A DNA stretch of 64,000 nt, taken from the NCBI GenBank assembly GCA_964016885.1, contig OZ024760.1, forward strand, positions 33,542,001-33,606,000. The letters run 5' to 3'. Each line of letters starts with the position of its first letter. The first letter of the stretch is position 1. The position numbers were made by a program, and so were the translations under genes. The stretch comes from Eledone cirrhosa. Its lineage: Eukaryota. Under the pieces are notes generated by a model that worked only from the letters and a program-made list of their open reading frames with translations, was not told where the DNA came from and searched no databases. This document shows positions 14,601-23,714 of this stretch, one piece after another.

Positions 14601-17600
14601 AGATTATATCCCTACCTGGTATTACAATATATTATATCCCTACCTGGTATTATAATATATTATATCTCTACCTGGTATTACAATATATTATATCCCTACC
14701 TGGTATTACAATATATTATATCTCTACCAGGTATTATAATATATTATATCTCTACCTGGTATTATAATATATTATATCCCTATCTGGTATTATAATATAT
14801 TATATCCCTACCTGGTATTATAATATATTATATCTCTACCAGGTATTACAATATATTATATCCCTACCTGGTATTATAATATATTATATCCCTACCTGGT
14901 ATTACAATATATTATATCTCTACCTGGTATTACAATATATTATATCCTTACCTGGTATTATAATATATTATATCTCTACCAGGTATTACAATATATTATA
15001 TCTCTACCAGGTATTACAATATATTATATCTCTACCTGGTATTATAATATATTATATCTCTACCTGGTATTACAATATATTATATCTCTACCTGGTATTA
15101 CAATATATTATATCTCTACCTGGTATTACAATATATTATATCTCTACCTTGTATTATAATATATTATATCTCTACCTGGTATTATAATATATTATATCTC
15201 TACCTGGTATTACAATATAATATATCTCTACCTGGTATTACAATATATTATATCTCTACCTGGTATTACAATATATTATATCTCTACCTGGTATTACAAT
15301 ATATTATATCTCTACCTGGTATTACAATATATTATATCTCTACCTGGTATTACAATATATTATATCTCTACCTGGTATTACAATATATTATATCCCTACC
15401 TGGTATTACAATATATTATATCTCTACCAGGTATTACAATATATTATATCTCTACCTGGTATTATAATATATTATATCACTACCTAGTATTACAATATAT
15501 TATATCCCTACCTAGTATTACAATATATTATATCTCTACCTGGTATTACAATATATTATATCTCTACCTGGTATTACAATATATTATATCCTTACCTGGT
15601 ATTATAATATATTATATCTCTACCAGGTATTACAATATATTATATCTCTACCTGGTATTATAATATATTATATCTCTACCTGGTATTACAATATATTATA
15701 TCCCTACCTAGTATTACAATATATTATATCTCTACCTGGTATTATAATATATTATATCCCTACCTGGTATTACAATATATTATATCCCTACCTGTTATTA
15801 TAATATATGATATCTCTACCTGGTATTACAATATATGATATCTCTACCTGGTATTACAATATATTATATCCCTACCTGGTATTATAATATATTATATCCC
15901 TACCTGGTATTATAATATATTATATCTCTACCTGGTATTATAATATATTATATCTCTACCTGGTATTACAATATATTATATCTCTACCTGGAATTATAAT
16001 ATAATATATCTCTACCTGGTATTATAATATATTATATCCCTACCTGGTATTATAATATATTATATCTCTACCTGGTATTATAATATATTATATCCCTACC
16101 TGGTATTACAATATATGATATCTCTACCTGGTATTACAATATATGATATCTCTACCTGGTATTATAATATATGATATCTCTACCTGGTATTATAATATAT
16201 TATATCCCTACCTGGTATTACAATATATGATATCTCTACCTGGTATTACAATATATGATATCTCTACCTGGTATTACAATATATGATATCCCTACCTGGT
16301 ATTACAATATATGATATCCCTACCTGGTATTACAATATATGATATCTCTACCTGGTATTACAATATATGATATCTCTACCTGGTATTACAATATATGATA
16401 TCCCTACCTGGTATTATAATATATTATATCCCTACCTGGTATTATAATATATTATATCCCTACCTGGTATTACAATATATTATATCTCTACCTGGTATTA
16501 TAATATATTATATCTCTACGTAGTATTATTATATATTATGTCTCTACCTGGTATTATAATATATTATATCCCTACCTGGTATTATGATATATAAATACAG
16601 AGGTACAGAGGTACTGTCAGTAAAGTCAGGGTAGGAATGGAGTTTAGTGAGGAATTCCAGGTAAAAGTAGGAGTACATCAAGGTCGGTCCTCAGCCCGCT
16701 CTTGTTCATTGCAGAGGAGTTTAAGACTAGCTGTCCATGGGAACTTCTGTATGCTGACGATCTGCTTCTTATAGAAGAATCAGTAGAGGAGCTAGAGAAT
16801 AAATTCTGGCTATGGAAACAGCAGTTGGAAGTAAGAGGACTGAGAGTGAACCTAGCTAAGACAAAAGTGTTGATGAGTAGAAAAGAGGACAAAACTCTGA
16901 TTCCGTCAGGGAAATGGCCATGTTCGATATGCAGAAAATGAACTGGCATAAATTCTATAAATGCACACAATGCAGATCCTGGGTACACAAGAGATGTAGT
17001 GGGATAGCAGGCAAACTAACAAGTAGGGAGAAATATGTATGCAGTAGATGTACAGGGAAATTAGACAGTAAAAGTCGCATTGATAGACACATTTTTCAAA
17101 TGCAGGCGGGTGCTATAGAAGTGGTGGATAGCTTCCGGTACCTAGGAGATCAGATTAGCATGGGAGGAGGGTGTTCCGAGGCCATAGTATCTAGAATAAG
17201 GATGGGTTGGAAGAAGTTTAGGGAGCTGCTTCCTCTGCTGATGAAGAAGGGTTTCTCCCTGCATACGAAAGGCCGGTTATATGATGCCTGTGTGAGGAGC
17301 ACGATGCTGCATGGTAGTGAGACATTGGCAGCAACTGCAGATGATATGCGACGGCTGGAGAGAAATGAAGCAAGCATGCTCCATTGGATGTGCAGTGTAA
17401 ATGTGCGTGAACGACCCAGCATGAATGTTTTGAGAGAGAAACTGTCTAAGAGGGATAGAATGTAGTGTGTGAGAGAGGAGACTGAGGTGGTATGGACATG
17501 TGATGCGCATGGAGGATGATCGATGGGTTAAGAAGTGCCAGGAAATGCCAGTTGAAGGAAGATGTGTTAGAGGTAGACCACGAAAAACATGGGCGGAGGT

Positions 17601-20082
17601 GGTGAGAACAGACCTCAGATCGCTGAAGCTCACGGTGGAGATGACGAAGGACTGTGACAAGTGGAGAGATGCTGTGCTGAATAAGACCCATCCCACCCTT
17701 GCAAGCAGGGAAAAGCGGACGTAAAATGATGATGATGATGATGATGATGAAATACACCTCTACCTGGTATTATTATAATATATTATATCCCTACCTGGTA
17801 TTATTGTACACCGGTCATCATAAAATCCGTAGTTGCAAATGGGTTTAGTTAAATAACTGGAGGGTAGTCGTATGACACCTTTCCCCAGATTTAAATCACC
17901 CCACGCTTGAGCTAAGGTCACTGGGGGCTCTGTCTCTAGGTTGCTGGGTCCAGAGGCTGTGGTGTCGGTCAATATACCATTCCATATTTTGAATTGAGTG
18001 ATAAGGCCGGAGAAATGGTGGCCAAGAGATACGGTAAGGCTGTAAATAATGAGATACACATAATATAGAAGATATATCATACAGAGACACATACACACAT
18101 GCAGACACACATACACATATACAGACACACACACACAAACATATATATATATATATGTGTGTGTGTGTATGTGTATATATATATATATATATATACACAT
18201 ATATATGTGTGTGTATATATACATATATATATGTATGTGTGTGTGTGTGTGTGTTTATATATATATATACACATGTACATGTATACACACATCACAACAA
18301 CCACAACAACAAAATAGCTAGATTACCTGATATCTTTATCAGGACGTTGCCCGAGAGTTATGTTCACCTTTGTAACATTGTCCACAATTAGCCACAACTG
18401 GTTAACTGGTTTGCCCCACAGCATTGTCACATTGTGCCACCCACCAACAGCAAGACTATCACTATACTGCTCAGTGGTCTTCACTCCACCTTCAGTCAAC
18501 ACAAGACGATCTGTAGAAATGGCCAAACTATTCTTTAGTTCGTTTTTCCTAAAAAAAAAAGGAAAAAAAAAAAAAAAATTAAAATGGTAATAACCATTAC
18601 CACCACACCCTAGCCTCTTCAGTGCCAGAGACGAGATCACTCATCCTAACATATATGTATTCCAGTGCCACGGATGAGATGATTCATGCTAACTTGTTGG
18701 AACTCATTTCCAACAGTTCATAACTTCACAGCTAGATGGCGTTACTAGTTTATTGATGTGATGTTTGTCAATCATTCAGATATGTGTTGTTAATACATGT
18801 TTGTTTAAAAAAATAGTCATTTTACTGAAAAATAAACCTGGAACAGCAACTCTAGCTGTGTAAAATCCTTTTTCATTTTTATATTTTCTTATTTTGCATT
18901 ACATTCTTCCTTCCCATAGCTTCGATATTATGTGAGATATTACGTGAGGTAAACCTTTACCATGAAAGTACAATAGTATATATAAAGTAATGTAAATGTT
19001 ATGTGAGATATTATGTGAGGTAAAGCCTTTACCATGAAAGTACAATAGTATATATAAAGTAATGTAAATATTATGTGAGATATTATGTGAGGTAAAGCCT
19101 TTACCATGAAAGTACAATAGTATATATAGAATAATGTAAATGTTATGTGAGGTATTATGTGAGGTAAAGCCTTTACTGTGAAAATAGAATAGTATATATA
19201 GAGTAATGTAAATGTTATGTGAGATATTATGTGAGGTAAAGCCTTTACTGTGAAAATACAATAGTATATATAGAGTTATGTAAATGGTATGTGAGATATT
19301 ATGTGAGGTAAAGCCTTTACCATGAAAATACAATAGTATATATAGAGTAATGTAAATGTTATGTGAGGTATTATGTGAGGTAAAGTCTTTACTGTGAAAA
19401 TACAATTGTATATATAGAGTAATGTAAATACTAAAAGGTTAAACAATGATGTTAGGACAAGAGGAAACTTACTGGGAAATATTTATAGCACAAAGGATTG
19501 TTTCAAGACTAGCATTTTTAATCCAAACAAACATAGAAGCACTGAAATCTGCTCCTGTAAGGGGGATAGAATGGACAATCTGGACGCCATCTTTGCTTTG
19601 GTCGAACAGAAGAGTAAAATTTTCTGAGGCAGCTGGAAGAGAATATAGAAACACTTCAGTAAATATGTATGTATGTTCTTCTGGTTTTATAATTTCATAA
19701 AGTTTTACCAATAGAGAGAGAGTCGGTTTCTAACATAGACACAAGACTCTCTCATTGGAATTTACACAACATCAACTAGGTAGATATGTATGTATGCATG
19801 CATGTGTAGATATGGATGTTATTGTATGTGGATGTGTATATTTTGAGTTGTATGTGTGCATGTGTATATGCTTTGTATCTGTACATATGTATGTATGTGT
19901 GTATGTATGTGTGTATGTATGCATACATATATGTTAGTATTTGATTAATACACAAAATATCGATCATATTGCTTGACAATTGCATAAACTAATAGGAATG
20001 CTAAACATAGCTCCTCATTAGGTCAATAAGTCAGCTTAACTAAAAGTTAAAATTATTAGGAACAGAAATGCAATAATAAATC

Positions 20083-20118
<36 letters not shown>

Positions 20119-20276
20119 TTAAGGTATGGTGTTGAATGAAATGTTTTGGTTGAGGTGTTTATATCTTATTTAATTCTAAGGAATCCTATTATTAAGTATG
20201 AAACATATGTAAATTAAAATATGATACAATTAGCTGTGTTTTGTTTTATTTTTCAAAGTGTGTGTGTATATGTATG

Positions 20277-20309
<33 letters not shown>

Positions 20310-23300
20310 ATATATTTGTGTGTGTATTGTATATGTAAATACATGTAAATAGACTTTCATATTAATATTAGTGATTGATAAAAATCAATACTAACCTTTA
20401 CATTTGTTGTCGGCAAAAGTCATACCAACTGGACATTTGCAGGTGGTATCAGTGCGGTCAAAATTGGCCACACACACACTGTTAACTGGACACTTGGATT
20501 CCTTGCAGATATCAACTGGTTCTTTACAGTTATCACCTGTGAAACCTATGCAAATAAAGAACAAAATTCCAATAACTGTGAGTTAAACATTATATCTATC
20601 TATCTATCTATCTATATATGTATAGATGGAGCGCGCGCTCTTCCAATTCCTTTGGAAGAGGCGGGCTCCTATGGTGAGGAGATCCATCTGCTGTCAACAC
20701 CCTTCGAAAGGAGGGCTGGGGATGCCGTGGCTAATGATGCGTAAACACGCATTAAGGCTACGGCACCTCTACGTATTCCTCACCGGACAACCGGTGTGGG
20801 CCTCGTTTGTGAGGCGAACCTTTCCCAGACTCGTCTCACTCACCGAGCTGCAATCCTGGGTCAAGCAAAGACCGAGAAAACTGGGCGCCTGGCACACTGA
20901 GTGTGCCCAGGCGCTCACCGCCCTCTGGCAGGCGGATCCGGTTATCAGTGGAGACTCCACCGCAACATTCTATAGAGGGCTGGTACGCAGCAGGTGCGAC
21001 GACGCCCTCGGAGAAGCCCTAGACATGGAGGAGGACGAACTGGCCAGCCTGTTCGGTAGGACATTCAGCCCGGGACCTATGGACAACTTCCAGAAGTCCC
21101 TGGCCTGGCAGTGCTACCGAGGGGCTTTACCCGTTCGAGAAAGGCTCTACAGACACGGGCGCCCGGGTAGGGACCCCGCCAAAAAGATCTGTCCCAGATG
21201 CGTGTGCGACGAGGAAACCGTTGCACACGCATTGGTACACTGCTCGGGCGTAGCCGATCTGTGGGGCTATGTCGAACAACTGCTGTCAAGGGTGGAACCG
21301 ATCCGGTTGACCACCGAGTCTATTGTAATGATCAAGCCGCCTCCCCCCTTCAAAGATGAAGCAGAGGCGGTGTTTCTGTGCGTAATAGCCATGGCGAAAG
21401 AGGTTGTATGGTGGACGCGTCTGAAAGGACTGAGGTCAGGCACCTTTCTCTCTGGCCAACAACTGGTCCGTTTCTTCCGATATCATTTCGGAAGAAGGAT
21501 CAGGATGGAGAGAGAGGTGCTGCACCCCAGCCGTTTCTATGAAAGATGGGTGAAAGTGGCGAGAATGGCCCGTGTGAATGGGCCTTCACTCTACATCAGA
21601 CTATAGGTGAGGAAGATGAAAGACCAAGGGAGCACCCCTTCTCTGTGCTCCTGAGGAGAAGGGTTGCACACTTTTTTCGGGGGTGTGTGCGACCCCCCAA
21701 GGCGCCTCCTCTCTATTGAGGATTTTGTTAAAAATTTTATTTTTTGTTATATCTTATTTTATTTTTATATTTTGTTATTGCCTCCTCCTTATTGAGGACG
21801 CCTTTTTGTGTAAACTCCCCCCTTTGTACTTGTCCCACTTTTGATGCCCTAGTGGCAAATAAAAGAAATATATCTATATATGTATATCTATCTATATACA
21901 TATATATCTATATATATATGTATGTATACAGTATGTATGTAAATATATATATGTGTATGTATGTGTGTATGTATGTGAGTCTTGGGTGCATGTAGAAGCC
22001 ATTTATATATATATATAAATACAGGATGTGGACGATATTTGTTCTCAATTTTCAACTGCAAATTTTATGCAAATTTTTTTTACTTCTGTTGTCACTCTTG
22101 TCTTCATAAAAACTGACTATATTTCCATTATTTATTTTCAAAATAATTGATTATGAATAATTTTGAACCTCCAAATTTGTGGAAGTGACACGGAGTTCTT
22201 CTTGGAATCCACGTTGGGAAGACAAATAAGGAAATTTCAGACTTTCTCAGCGTCAGCAAGAGAATGGTGGAAAAGGTCAGAAAGGAATTGGAAGATTCAG
22301 GATTCGACTAAAAAGTAACATCAGAGAGGAAAACACATGATAGACGATATGACGCCTTCAGAAGCCCGAGTTCGTCGCTGAAATTCAGGATATCATCAAC
22401 AATGAACCTAGCAAATCGATGCGTGCCATTGCAAGGGAGAAAGGCGTGGATGAAAAGCTCTTTAGGCTGGTGGTACATGAAGACATTCGCTACGTTTCAT
22501 ACAAGATGAGGAAAGGACAATTTCTGTCAAAGGTGATGCAAGAAAAGCGACTGAAGCACGCAAAGAAGCTGATTAACAAGTTGAAACACCCACTGGAGCC
22601 AGACATGCTGTGGTTTTTCTCCGACGAGAAAAACTTCTGCCAAGACCAGAAGATCAACTCCCAGAACAGCAGGTGGCTCGCTGTCTCATCCAAAGATGTG
22701 CCCAGAGTCATGCACACAAAGTTTCCAGCAACAAAATTGGTCTTAGGTGTTGTCAGCAGTCAAGGTGACATCATGCCACCTCACTTCTTCCCTGAGGGCC
22801 TCAAGCTGAACACCGATGGCTACATCCGCATTCTGAGCGAGGTAGTAAAGCCCTGGATCGACCAGGTAGCTGCAGGTAGGGCCGTACGTGTGGCAGCAAA
22901 ACTCAGCGTCCTGCCATACCAGCCGAAAGACCCAAGCGTGGCTGTCAGAGAATTTCGTCAACCACACTTCACCTGGCATCTTGCCTTCCAGCTCGCCTGA
23001 CTGCAACCCCCTCAACTTCTTTGTGTGGGGCGCAGTTGAACGAGACACCAACAGATCTAGCTGCAATACGAAAGACGATCTGAAGGCCAGGAGCACAAGT
23101 GCCTTTAGGGGCCTAAGTTGGGGGACAGTGATGAAGGCCTGTTGCCGGTTCCAAGGCCGCCTTGAGGCCGTCATCAAAGCCAATGGTGGGTTTATTGAGT
23201 GAGATCGAAAGGACAAGTCATAAAGACAAACTGACCCAAGTTTGATAAATATATCTTAAAAAATAAAACTACTGTTATTTTTTCCTAGACAGTAATCTTG

Positions 23301-23659
23301 TGAACAAATATCGTCCGCACCCTGTATATATATTGTTGTCTTTATGTGGACATTTATTTATGAGGTTTTCATTTACACCATCTCAATTCATAAACTATGG
23401 TGCATACCACATTAAGCAGTCCACATAAGTTGTATGTATCCAGCATGGATATTGGATCACGTATAGTATAATAGTGTATTGTATATATAAATATATATAA
23501 ACAGTAGTATAGTTTACCTAGAGCACACTTGCAGATGAACTTATTTTTCTCATAAACGCAAGTGCCACCATTTTCACAAGGAGAATCTTTATGGCATGTA
23601 TGATGCTTCAAGTGACAGTACTGGCCGTAATATTCTGGAAAATAAAATATACATACATT

Positions 23660-23714
<55 letters not shown>

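Noticed and set aside
10567-16585. CRISPR array interpretation of the 28-bp (or 41-bp) repeats
   Set aside because: Units are contiguous with no unique spacers, there are no cas genes, and the context is eukaryotic introns.
18899-19405. 168-aa repeat ORF as an extra exon
   Set aside because: Flanking exons already join in phase through a continuous pentraxin domain; no convincing splice sites.
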